NCBI GenBank assembly: GCA_038231275.1
Contig: JBBRLQ010000053.1
Coordinates: 1 to 30,800 of the forward strand
DNA: 30,800 nt
DNA from: Polyangiales bacterium
Lineage (GTDB): Bacteria > Myxococcota_A > Polyangia > Polyangiales > Polyangiaceae
Direction of reading: 5' to 3'
The stretch's first letter is position 1. Each line of letters starts with the position of its first letter. The position numbers and the translations under genes are program-made. Shown here piece by piece: positions 17,896 through 26,968 of the stretch. Below the pieces are notes generated by a model that saw only the letters and a list, made by a program, of their open reading frames with translations, was not told the DNA's origin and did no database searches.

Positions 17896-18756
17896 CTAGT
17901 GCATCAAATTCAGCTGGGCGAGCTGGAGCTTTGCTTCCGGCGTGTAGTGGGAGTCCGGGAAACGGCGAATGAGCTGGCGCCACGTGTTCTTCGCGTCGTT
18001 CCACGCCTGGCTCTCCATCTCGCAGAACGCTAGCTGGTAGAGCGCGTCGTCCTGCACCTCACGATCCGGTGCGGACTCGCCGAGGAGCTGGAGGATCGGG
18101 ATCGCCTCCTTCTGTCGCCCGAGGTGACGGTACGCGTCTGCCAGCGCGAGGCGCACGCTCGGGGCGATCGTCGAGTCGTCCTTGTACTTGAGCGACTCCT
18201 CGAGAGCTGTCGCGGCTTCTTGCCAACGTTGAACGCGCGCCTTGTCCTGCCCTTGCCAGTACGCCTGCGCAGCGAGCTCGTTCTTCGCGCGCTCGACCGC
18301 GTCGGTGAAGAACGCGAGCTCCGCCTTGCTGAGCGGCTCCTTCTTCACCGCCTCGAACTGCTCGACGAGCTCGACGCGCTTGCCCTGTCGCACCAGATCG
18401 TAAAACTGCGCCGCCTTCGCCTCGGCGCGGGCGCGATCCTCGTCGCGCTTCTGCGCGTCGCGCGCCTCTTTGCGGAGCCGCTCGTTGTCGGCGGTCTTCT
18501 GCTCGGTCTCCGCCTTCACCGCGTCGACGCGCGCGTCCCACGCGAATTTCAGCGCCGTGAAGACGACCAGCACGAACACCACGTACGCGACTGCGCTGTT
18601 CCAGGAGATGCGCCGCTCGTAGCTCTGTTGCCGCTTCGCGATCGACTTGATGTCGGCCGAGAGCGCGTTCGTGAGGTTGTTCGTCTTGATGACGAGCCCG
18701 CGCGACTCGATGATCTCGCGCTTGATTTCCCCGAGCTCGTCGTCGACCTCACGCAT
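17896..18756 (-). CDS. Membrane-anchored coiled-coil/TPR protein (CpoB/YbgF-like C-terminus)
   Basis: AGGAG SD; N-terminal coiled coil, one TM helix (AVAYVVFVLVVFTALKFAW), TPR repeats ending DDALYQLA...LIRRFPDSHYTPEA. Confidence 0.8.
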   Translation of the reverse strand: MREVDDELGEIKREIIESRGLVIKTNNLTNALSADIKSIAKRQQSYERRISWNSAVAYVVFVLVVFTALKFAWDARVDAVKAETEQKTADNERLRKEARDAQKRDEDRARAEAKAAQFYDLVRQGKRVELVEQFEAVKKEPLSKAELAFFTDAVERAKNELAAQAYWQGQDKARVQRWQEAATALEESLKYKDDSTIAPSVRLALADAYRHLGRQKEAIPILQLLGESAPDREVQDDALYQLAFCEMESQAWNDAKNTWRQLIRRFPDSHYTPEAKLQLAQLNLMH

Positions 18757-18890
18757 GGCTCTCCTTGGACGCGGGCAAACGACAGAAAGGACTCTCTACG
18801 TAGAGGCACATGGCTTACTTGCGAAAGGCCGCGGGTGGCAAGCCCTCCTTGCCGGCCCTCCCGCCGCCGTGCTATCCCCGCGCTCCCGCC

Positions 18891-19451
18891 ATGATGACCA
18901 CGGACATTCGCAAGGGCCTCCGCATCCAGATCGACGGCGTGCCGTTTCACGTCGTTGAGCACACGTTCGTCAAGCCCGGCAAGGGCCAGGCCTTCACGCG
19001 CGCCCGCATCCGCAACCTCACGAACGGCAACGTCGTCGAGCGCACCTGGAAGAGCGGCGAGTCGGTGGAGATCGCGGACGTCGAAGAGCGCAAGATGACC
19101 TACTCGTGGGCGGAGTCGGACACGCTCGTCTTCATGGACACGAACACCGGCGACCAGATCCACGTCGAGACGAGCAAGGTCGGCGACGACGCGCGCTGGC
19201 TCAACGAAGGCCTCGACGTCAACGTCACCCTCTTCAACGGCAACCCGATCGGCATCGATCTCCCGGCGAGCGTCGTCATGCAGATCGTCGCGAGCGAGCC
19301 CGGCATCAAGGGCGACACGGCGAGCGGCGCCACCAAGCCGGCGACGTTGGCGACCGGCGCGACGGTTAACGTCCCCCTCTTCATCAAAGAAGGGGAGTGG
19401 ATCAAGATCGACACCACGTCGGGGCAGTACCTCGAGCGTGTGAACAAGTAA
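18891..19451 (+). CDS. efp: Translation elongation factor P
   Basis: HTFVKPGKGQAFTR loop, PGIKGDTASGATKPATLATG, VPLFI...IKIDT...Y.ER. Confidence 0.97.
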   Translation: MMTTDIRKGLRIQIDGVPFHVVEHTFVKPGKGQAFTRARIRNLTNGNVVERTWKSGESVEIADVEERKMTYSWAESDTLVFMDTNTGDQIHVETSKVGDDARWLNEGLDVNVTLFNGNPIGIDLPASVVMQIVASEPGIKGDTASGATKPATLATGATVNVPLFIKEGEWIKIDTTSGQYLERVNK

Positions 19452-19530
19452 CCTACACGCCCGACCCTTTTCGCGTCTCCGCGCGCGGGTTTGCTTGGCG
19501 CAGGTCGCTTCGGCCTTCATGGTTACGGCC

Positions 19531-20892
19531 ATGCGGAAGCCGGATCTCGTCTTCTCCTTCGTCGTCTTCTTTTGCGCGATCCTCGCCGCGTGCAGCGGCG
19601 CCACGTCGAGCGTCTCGACGAGCGGCGGACCCGGCGACGCGGACGGCGGTGTGTCGACGGACGGCAGCGGCCCCGGTGACGACGCCGGCGGACCGAGCGG
19701 GCCGAGCGGCTTGCCGTGCGACGTCGACAAGATCGTGACCGCCAACTGCCAGAGCTGCCACGCGCGCTCGCCGGTGTACGGCGCGCCGATGCCGCTCGTC
19801 ACGTGGAGCGATCTCCAGGCGCCTGCGAAGAGCGACGCGTCGAAGAAGGTCTACCAGCTCGTCGGCACGCGCATCCACGACGACGCGAAGCCGATGCCGC
19901 AGCCGCCGAACGTCCGCCTCTCCGCCGCCGACACCGCGACGCTCGACGCGTGGATCGCGCAAGGCGCGCCGCAGTCGACGACCGGCTGCACCACGCCTCC
20001 GCCGCCCCCGAGCGACGGCGGCATCGTCCCGACGTCGTGCACCCCCGACGAGCACATGCGCCCGACGGCCGCGTGGTCGATGCCGCAAGGCACGAGCGAT
20101 CAGTACACCTGCTACCTCTTCGACGTCCCGCGCACGACCAAGCGTCACGTCGTGGCCCTCGCGCCGGTCATCGGCAACCCGAAGATCGTTCACCACCTCC
20201 TCTTGTTCCAGGCAACGACCGGCGTCACCGGCGTCACGACGTCACCGTCCCCCTGCTCGTCGGGCGGCGGCAGTGGATGGCGCATCGTGTACGGCTGGGC
20301 CCCCGGCGGCAAGCCGATGGAGATGCCTCCCGAGGCTGGATTTCCCGAGGATCCGGGCACGACGCATTACGTCGTGCAGGTCCACTACAACAACATCAAC
20401 CACCTCGCGGGCGAGACCGATACGAGCGGCTTCGATCTGTGCACGACCGACCAGCTCCGCGCGAACGACGCGGATGTGATCGCGTTCGGCACGATGAGCA
20501 TCAACATCCCGCCGCACGGCACGCTCGACACGACGTGCTCGGTCGACATCCAGGCCACCTTCGAAGGCGCGCACGTCTTCGCGGCCTCGCCGCACATGCA
20601 CAAGCTCGGCACGAAGATCATCACCACGCTGAACCCCAAGGCCGGTGGCTCGGCGGATCTCGGGAAGAAGGATCCGTTCGACTTCCAGTCGCAGTACTGG
20701 GTGCCGGTGAGTCAGATCCTCCACACCGGTGACACGGTGAAGACGCGCTGCGTGTGGAACAACACGACGGACACCGCGGTAACCTTCGGGCAAAATACAG
20801 AGAACGAGATGTGTTACTCGTTCACGATGTACTACCCGCGCGTGCAGCTGCCGTCGTGGGCGGCGCCGGCGTACTTGTCGAAGTGCCAGTAG
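19531..20892 (+). CDS. Lipoprotein: c-type cytochrome domain fused to a copper type II (PHM/DBH-like) monooxygenase
   Basis: Lipobox LAA-C; NCQSCH heme motif with downstream MPQPP; CuH ligands VHHL and QVHY; CuM ligands PHMH and EMC. Confidence 0.85.
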   Translation: MRKPDLVFSFVVFFCAILAACSGATSSVSTSGGPGDADGGVSTDGSGPGDDAGGPSGPSGLPCDVDKIVTANCQSCHARSPVYGAPMPLVTWSDLQAPAKSDASKKVYQLVGTRIHDDAKPMPQPPNVRLSAADTATLDAWIAQGAPQSTTGCTTPPPPPSDGGIVPTSCTPDEHMRPTAAWSMPQGTSDQYTCYLFDVPRTTKRHVVALAPVIGNPKIVHHLLLFQATTGVTGVTTSPSPCSSGGGSGWRIVYGWAPGGKPMEMPPEAGFPEDPGTTHYVVQVHYNNINHLAGETDTSGFDLCTTDQLRANDADVIAFGTMSINIPPHGTLDTTCSVDIQATFEGAHVFAASPHMHKLGTKIITTLNPKAGGSADLGKKDPFDFQSQYWVPVSQILHTGDTVKTRCVWNNTTDTAVTFGQNTENEMCYSFTMYYPRVQLPSWAAPAYLSKCQ

Positions 20893-20893
20893 C

Positions 20894-21013
20894 GGCGTCG
20901 GAGTCGGAGTCGGAGTCGGCGTCGGCGTCTTGGTCGCGGTCGTGGTCGCGGTCGCGGTCGCGGTCGTGGTCGTGGTCGCGGTCGCGGTCGTGGTCGTGGT
21001 CGCGGTCGTGGTC
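20894..21013. repeat. Intergenic degenerate hexamer array (NNNGTC)x20
   Basis: GGCGTC/GGAGTC units then GCGGTC/GTGGTC units in unbroken register, starting 1 bp after TAG 20890-20892. Confidence 0.9.
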
Positions 21014-21086
21014 GCGTGGGCTGTGCGATCCACGCGTGTCTCCGTCGCGCACTGGAAGATTGGCGACCTATAGGAATTTTCAGCCA

Positions 21087-21150
21087 CCCATGTGGGACAG
21101 AGACTCTGTAACCGCCTGAATTAAGAACGCTTGGAACTGGGCTACCCAGT
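21087..21150. promoter_or_regulatory. Cluster of short palindromes in an AT-richer region upstream of the second monooxygenase (possible operators)
   Basis: CCCA-TG-TGGG (21087-21096), ACAGAG-A-CTCTGT (21097-21109), ACTGGG-CTA-CCCAGT (21136-21150). Confidence 0.3.
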
Positions 21151-21177
21151 GGCCCAGTGGATGCAAATGGCTCTGTC

Positions 21178-22581
21178 ATGCGCATCACCAACCCCCCGGT
21201 TCGTCTCCCCCACGTCGCTCACCTCTTCGTCGCGCTCGGCGTGTTCGTTGGCGCGTGCGCGAACGCCGACGGCACGGGCACGCTCGGCGGACAGGGCTCC
21301 GACAACGGAGCCTCCGCGGGAACGATCGCCGGCGGGGACGGAGGAAGCGGCGGCGGGGGAGGAGGAGGCGCATCGAGCAGCGGCGGCGGCGGCGGCGCGA
21401 GCACCGGCCTTCCGTGCAACGTCAGCGCGATCCTCCAGAAGAACTGCGCGACGTGCCACGGCGCGACGCCCTCGTTCGGCGCGCCGAATCCGCTCGTGAC
21501 TTACGCAGACCTCACGAAGAGCGGAGCCGACGGCAAGGAGTACGCGACGGTGCAGAAGCGCATGCACGCGACGCAAGGAGTGATGCCGCCGTCCCCGTCG
21601 TCGCCGCTCTCGGCCGCCGATCTCAAGACATTCGACGACTGGGTCGCGGCCGGCGCGCCGCCCTCCGACGCCGCGTGCAGTACCGACGGTGCGGACGCAG
21701 GCCCGGCGGTGAAGCCGCTGTCATGCACGCCCGATCAGTTCATCCGGTCGACCACCGCGTTCACGATGCCGCCGAACACGCCGGACGTGTACATGTGCTA
21801 CGGCTTCGACGTCCCGACCACGGCCAAGCGCCACGTCGTCGGCTTCGGCCCGAAGATCGACAACCCGAAGATTGTCCACCATCTCCTGCTATTTCAGGCC
21901 GATTCGAGCTACGGCACCACGCCGCAGCAGTGCTCGGCGACGACGAGCGCGCAGTGGCGCCTCGTGACCGGATGGGCGCCGGGCGGGCCGAACATGGAGA
22001 CGCCGCCCGAGGCCGGCTTCCCGGAGGAGGGGACGACGCACTGGATCCTCCAGGTCCACTACAACAACGCATCGGGCCAGAACGCCGGCCAAGTCGACAA
22101 GAGCGGCTACGATCTGTGCACGACCGACAAGCTCCGCCCGAACGACGCCGCGGTGATGGCGCCCGGCACGCTGAAGATGACGCTGCCGCCGCGCGCGACG
22201 ACCGACATCACGTGCAACTGGAGCCCGATGCTCATCGGCAAGGTGCACTTCTTCGGCGCCACGCCGCACATGCACAAGCTCGGCACCAAGATGAGCACCT
22301 ACGTGACGCACAACGGCGTGAAGACGAAGGTCGTGGACCAGCAGAACTTCGACTTCAACTACCAGAGCGCGTACCCGGCGAGCGTCGACCTGCAAGACGG
22401 CGACACCGTGAGCACGCGCTGCGCCTGGAACAACACGACCGATCAGGCCGTGCAGTGGGGCGAGAATACGGGCGACGAGATGTGCTTCAACTTCATCCCG
22501 TACTACCCCAAGATCAACTCGGGCCTCTGGTCGTGGACCACGCCGAGCATCCTCGCGAGCTGCACGCCGACGGCGCCGTGA
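21178..22581 (+). CDS. Paralogous lipoprotein: c-type cytochrome domain plus copper type II monooxygenase
   Basis: Lipobox VGA-C; NCATCH with MPPSP; VHHLL, QVHYNN, PHMHKLG, GDEMC; aligns end to end with the upstream paralog. Confidence 0.85.
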   Translation: MRITNPPVRLPHVAHLFVALGVFVGACANADGTGTLGGQGSDNGASAGTIAGGDGGSGGGGGGGASSSGGGGGASTGLPCNVSAILQKNCATCHGATPSFGAPNPLVTYADLTKSGADGKEYATVQKRMHATQGVMPPSPSSPLSAADLKTFDDWVAAGAPPSDAACSTDGADAGPAVKPLSCTPDQFIRSTTAFTMPPNTPDVYMCYGFDVPTTAKRHVVGFGPKIDNPKIVHHLLLFQADSSYGTTPQQCSATTSAQWRLVTGWAPGGPNMETPPEAGFPEEGTTHWILQVHYNNASGQNAGQVDKSGYDLCTTDKLRPNDAAVMAPGTLKMTLPPRATTDITCNWSPMLIGKVHFFGATPHMHKLGTKMSTYVTHNGVKTKVVDQQNFDFNYQSAYPASVDLQDGDTVSTRCAWNNTTDQAVQWGENTGDEMCFNFIPYYPKINSGLWSWTTPSILASCTPTAP

Positions 22582-22620
22582 CGATTGCAATGCAGGAAAA
22601 ATAGGCCTAAAGCCTGACCC

Positions 22621-24447
22621 ATCGATCTCTACGGCAACAAGAGCGGCCTCTCGCCGTCGGCAGTCAAGACGCTCGAGCGGATCTACCGGAGACGGGTGCC
22701 GCTCGATGACATCTCGACCCCCGAGCTGACGCGCTCGCTCGTCGACGCGTCGATGGAGACGGGGCGGCAGGTCGGCGCGCTCGTGCACCGCTCGGGGCAG
22801 GTCGACTACGTCGTCGTGGGGGACGCAAGGAAGCTGATGCTCCCCGACATCGGGCGCCTCCGCGCTGCCGAGGGGCGCTTCCGAGGTCTGCGTCTCGTCC
22901 ACACGCACGTGCGCGGCGAGCCGCTGACCAAAGACGATCTCGTCGACCTCGTGCGACTGCGCCTCGATCTCGTCGCGGCGATCCAGATGACGTCGCGGGG
23001 CGAGGCGCGCAGCATGGTCTGGGCGCACAACGTGCCGAGCGACGGGAGCGAAGGGCCCGGCGTCATGCCGTACCGGGAGATCGGCCCCGTGCTCATCGGC
23101 AACGCGCACGTCGACGTCGGCTCGCTCATGGGCAACCTCGAGGCCGAGTTCCAGCGCGCGCGCCGCGCCCGCGAGGTACGCGCGAAGGACGGGCGCGCGA
23201 TCTTGGTCCAGGTCCTCGAGAAGTCACGCGCGCACGGAACCGACGGCGGCGACGTGCGCGTGCGGGAGCTTCGCGAGCTCGCGCGGACCGCAGGCGTGGA
23301 CGTCGTCGATGTGGTCGTGCAATCGCGCGAGGCGATCGATCCGAAGTTCGTCCTCGGGCGCGGCAAGCTCGACGACGTCATCGTCCGCGCGATGCAGATC
23401 GACGCCGAGACGCTCATCTTCGATCGCGATCTCAGCCCCGGGCAGGCGTCGGCCATCGCCAAGGTCAGCGATCTGAAGGTGATCGATCGCACGCAGCTGA
23501 TCCTGGATATCTTCGCGCAGCGCGCCGAGAGCGCCGACGGCAAGCTCCAGGTGGAGCTCGCGCAGCTGAAATACAGCCTCCCCCGCCTGGCATTGAAGGA
23601 CGACTCGCTCTCGCGCCTCACCGGCGGCATCGGCGGGCGCGGCCCCGGCGAGACGAAGCTCGAGATCGGTCGAAGGCGCGCGAAGGAGAAGGTCTCGCAC
23701 CTCGAGTCGCAGCTGAAGCAGCTCGTCAAGCGCCGCGAGCAGCGCCGCCGTAAGCGAACGCGCGAGGCAGTGCCGACGATCGCCATCGTCGGATACACGA
23801 ACGCCGGAAAGAGCACGCTCCTCAACACGCTCACCGGCGCGCACGTCCTCGCGGAGGACAAGCTCTTCGCGACGCTCGACACCCGCTCACGCCACCTCAA
23901 GGTCGGCTGGGCGGGGTACGGCGATCGCGAGGTCGTCATCACCGACACGGTCGGCTTCATTCGGGACCTGCCGAAGGATCTCTTCTCCGCCTTCCGCGCG
24001 ACGTTCGAGGAGGCCGCGGACGCCGACATCCTCGTGCACGTCGTCGACGCGAGCGATCCGGCGAAGGCCGATCACGTGCGGACGACCGAGGAGCTCCTCG
24101 AAGAGCTCGGGCTCGACGAGATTCCGAAGATTGTAGTGTACAACAAAACCGATCTGCTCTCCCCGATCGAGAGAAAGGTCCTCGCCAGAGCGCACCCCGA
24201 CGCGGTGCTCCTCAGCGCGACCGAGCGTGACTCGACGCTCGCGCTGATCGAGCGCGTCGCGCGCGGGCTCAAAGGGCGATGGGAGGAGAGCGCGAAGACG
24301 CCGCACCTGGACGTCGCCGGCGCGCCCTCGCCCGAGGATGCGCCGACCGACTCGGACGAGCCGGCGTCGGGCACGCAGGCGACGACGCTCGACGAAATGC
24401 TCCGCGCGACGGGACGGCGAACGAAGAAGCGCGTTACGGCGCGGTGA
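22621..24447 (+). CDS. hflX: Ribosome-splitting GTPase HflX, long form with N-terminal extension
   Basis: GYTNAGKST, LFATLD, DTVGFI, NKTD, GGIGGRGPGETKLE. The conserved-looking N-terminus IDLYGNKSGLSPSAVKTLERIYRRR starts at ATC 22621; the first canonical start is GTG 22696. Confidence 0.93.
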   Translation: MDLYGNKSGLSPSAVKTLERIYRRRVPLDDISTPELTRSLVDASMETGRQVGALVHRSGQVDYVVVGDARKLMLPDIGRLRAAEGRFRGLRLVHTHVRGEPLTKDDLVDLVRLRLDLVAAIQMTSRGEARSMVWAHNVPSDGSEGPGVMPYREIGPVLIGNAHVDVGSLMGNLEAEFQRARRAREVRAKDGRAILVQVLEKSRAHGTDGGDVRVRELRELARTAGVDVVDVVVQSREAIDPKFVLGRGKLDDVIVRAMQIDAETLIFDRDLSPGQASAIAKVSDLKVIDRTQLILDIFAQRAESADGKLQVELAQLKYSLPRLALKDDSLSRLTGGIGGRGPGETKLEIGRRRAKEKVSHLESQLKQLVKRREQRRRKRTREAVPTIAIVGYTNAGKSTLLNTLTGAHVLAEDKLFATLDTRSRHLKVGWAGYGDREVVITDTVGFIRDLPKDLFSAFRATFEEAADADILVHVVDASDPAKADHVRTTEELLEELGLDEIPKIVVYNKTDLLSPIERKVLARAHPDAVLLSATERDSTLALIERVARGLKGRWEESAKTPHLDVAGAPSPEDAPTDSDEPASGTQATTLDEMLRATGRRTKKRVTAR

Positions 24448-24922
24448 CGACCGTTTCCGGCAAGACGCCCTCGGCCTGTCGGACCTCCGGCTCCGCGGCG
24501 TGCCTCTCGAACGACCAGTCGACCGAGAAGCGACCGGCGCCGCCCGCGGCGAAGAGCACCAACATGACGAAGACGAGCGAGTCGAGCTCGAGCGTCTGCG
24601 CCTGGCTGAAGAGGCCGCTGCTGAGATGAACGAACACGATCGCCCCGAGTAGATTCGGCAGCTGGATGAGGGCGGCGAGCCGCGTGAAGAGGCCGAACGT
24701 CAGCGCCAGACCGCCGGCGACATGTGTGGCGGCGATGTACTCCGCGAGAAAGCGCGACGCGAGCGGGACGTGGTGCGCGGTCATGAGCGCGACGAGCTCG
24801 TTCGGAGCCGCGAGATACGCGACACCCTTCACGAACAGCGCGAGCCCAAGGTAAATGCGCAGTACGTCCCACGCCAGGTCTCGGTTCTTCTCGATCCAGA
24901 GTCGAAGCTCGAGGGTCATCAT
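24434..24922 (-). CDS. DoxX family membrane protein
   Basis: LRIYLGLALFVKG, GGLALTFGLFTRLAA, VFVH, GAGRFSVD; overlaps the hflX 3' end by 14 bp. Confidence 0.9.
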   Translation of the reverse strand: MMTLELRLWIEKNRDLAWDVLRIYLGLALFVKGVAYLAAPNELVALMTAHHVPLASRFLAEYIAATHVAGGLALTFGLFTRLAALIQLPNLLGAIVFVHLSSGLFSQAQTLELDSLVFVMLVLFAAGGAGRFSVDWSFERHAAEPEVRQAEGVLPETVVTAP

Positions 24923-25012
24923 GGTGCGTCACCTCATGGCGATGATGGAGAGCAAGCGCCGCGCCAGCGCGAGCGGCGTCTCGGCGGGAGTCGGTGTATC
25001 GTCGCATGCATC

Positions 25013-25372
25013 ATGCGGTCCCACCTCCCTGCGACCCTCACGATCGGGCTCGTCGTCCTCTCCGCGTGCGGCAGCGCGCTGTCCGACGCGAAGAGCGATT
25101 TCAAGAAGGGTCGCTACGGCGAGGCGCGCGAGACGCTCGTGCGCGTGGAGCCCGAGAGCCAGAAGTGGGACGACGCGCGCCGCGCCGAGTACGCCCTCTA
25201 TCGCGGCCTCACGCACGGCGCCCTCGGCGATCGCCGGAGCGCGGGCGTGTGGCTGAAAGAGGCGAAGGCGCTCGAAGACGCGCACCCGGGCTCTCTCGGC
25301 GACGACGATCGCGCGCGCTTGCGGCTCGGTCTCGAGTCGGTCGCGCCGGACGTCGCGGCGCCGAGCCCGTAA
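25013..25372 (+). CDS. Small TPR-like lipoprotein
   Basis: LVVLSA-C lipobox; FKKGRYGEAR...YALYRGLTHGALGD helical repeat pattern. Confidence 0.75.
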   Translation: MRSHLPATLTIGLVVLSACGSALSDAKSDFKKGRYGEARETLVRVEPESQKWDDARRAEYALYRGLTHGALGDRRSAGVWLKEAKALEDAHPGSLGDDDRARLRLGLESVAPDVAAPSP

Positions 25373-25475
25373 CGCGCGCGATGGAACGATCCGCCAGGTA
25401 GTTCGTTCCCATCGGCGCGCCAGCTGACGTTCGTCTCTGCGCGCGTGAAGTAAAAACCTTGGAGCGGGAGGCTTC

Positions 25476-26951
25476 ATGAGCTCGGCCCTTCAACCCACGC
25501 GCCGTGTGGCGCGGTCGTGTCGGCTTGCCCTGGCGCTCGCGCCGGCGGCGCTCTTTATCGCGGCGTCGTGCAGCGCGAGCTGCAGCAGCACGAGCAGTGG
25601 CGGGACACCCGCGTCCGGAGACGGGGGTGGTGGCGGTGACGGATCGAGTGCGACCGGCCTTCAGAGGATCGACCACGTCGTCGTGATCGTGCTCGAAAAC
25701 TGGAGCTTCGACAGCCTCTACGCCGAGTTTCAGGGCGCCGAAGGTCTCGCGAACGCCATGAAGGCGCCGCCGCAGATCGACGCGACGGGCGCCGCCTACG
25801 CGACGTTGCCGCAGTCGGAGACGCACCTGCCGCAGACGCTTCCCAACGCGCCGTTCGCGCTCGACGCGCTCATTCCGTCCTCCGCGCAGACGTCGACAGA
25901 CCTGACCAACAACTTCTACGAGGAGCAGCGCCAGATCCACGGCGGCAAGATGGACCAGTTCGTCCTCTTCGACACCGCGGCGAAGGGGCTCACGATGGGC
26001 TTTTACCATACGGCCGGCCTCCCTCTTCAGGCCGAGGCGGCGAGCTACACGCTGTGCGATCACTTCTTCCACGGCGTCTTCGGCGGCTCGATGCAGAACC
26101 ACATTTTCCTCGTGTCGGCGGCGGTGGCAGCGTTCCCCAACGCGCCTGCGTCGGTGAAGCGCGCGGTGCTCGACGCGAACGGCGTCCCGGTGCCCGACGC
26201 GAACGGCAAGCAACAAGACGGACCGCTCACGCCGGACGGCTACCTGGTGGGGACGCTTTATCCGACGGCGACGCCGCATCCACCCAACGTCCCGGCCGAG
26301 CAGCTGGTCCCTCCGCAGACCATGCCGACGATCGGAGATCGCCTCACCGCGCAGGGCCTCGACTGGGGTTGGTATTCGGAGGGCTGGACGGAGATCACGT
26401 CGAACCCGACGCTCAACGAGGCCGGCATCGATCCGCAGACGCTCTTTCAGTACAACCACCAGCCGTTCGTCTACTTCGCGGCGTACGCCGAGGGCACGCC
26501 AGGGCGCGCGCACCTCAGGGACGAGAGCGATTTCGTCGCTGCCGCGAAAGGGGGGACGCTGCCGGCCGTCTCGTTCGTGAAGCCCGATGGGATGGACAAC
26601 GAGCACCCCAACTACGCGAACGTGACGCGAGGCGAGGCGCACGTGCTCGATCTCGTCAACGCGGTGCGGAGCGGGCCGAACTGGGCGAGCACCGCCATCA
26701 TCGTCACCTACGACGAGAACGGCGGCTTCTGGGATCACGTGGCGCCGCCGGCCGGCGACAAATGGGGACCGGGGACGCGGGTCCCCACGATGGTCATCTC
26801 GCCCTTCGCGAGGAAGGGGTTCGTCGACGCGACGGTGTACGACACGGCGTCGATCCTCGCGCTCATCGAGCATCGCTGGAACCTCGCGCCGCTCGGCACG
26901 CGGGACCAGGCCGCGGCCGACATGACGAACGCGTTCGACTTCTCACGCTGA
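25476..26951 (+). CDS. Phosphoesterase family protein (AcpA-like acid phosphatase / phospholipase C superfamily), exported
   Basis: GGAGG SD; HVVVIVLENWSFDSLY, GGKMDQF, CDHFF...FGGSMQNH, NEHP, TYDENGGFWDHVAPP, GPGTRVP. Confidence 0.92.
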   Translation: MSSALQPTRRVARSCRLALALAPAALFIAASCSASCSSTSSGGTPASGDGGGGGDGSSATGLQRIDHVVVIVLENWSFDSLYAEFQGAEGLANAMKAPPQIDATGAAYATLPQSETHLPQTLPNAPFALDALIPSSAQTSTDLTNNFYEEQRQIHGGKMDQFVLFDTAAKGLTMGFYHTAGLPLQAEAASYTLCDHFFHGVFGGSMQNHIFLVSAAVAAFPNAPASVKRAVLDANGVPVPDANGKQQDGPLTPDGYLVGTLYPTATPHPPNVPAEQLVPPQTMPTIGDRLTAQGLDWGWYSEGWTEITSNPTLNEAGIDPQTLFQYNHQPFVYFAAYAEGTPGRAHLRDESDFVAAAKGGTLPAVSFVKPDGMDNEHPNYANVTRGEAHVLDLVNAVRSGPNWASTAIIVTYDENGGFWDHVAPPAGDKWGPGTRVPTMVISPFARKGFVDATVYDTASILALIEHRWNLAPLGTRDQAAADMTNAFDFSR

Positions 26952-26968
26952 AGTCGACCCTCGGCGCG

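Noticed and set aside
17799..21013. Hexamer arrays as CRISPR arrays or as coding SR/TP/DH-repeat proteins
   Set aside because: No 23-47 bp repeats with unique spacers and no cas genes; the ORFs crossing them are low-complexity by-products that overlap real genes.
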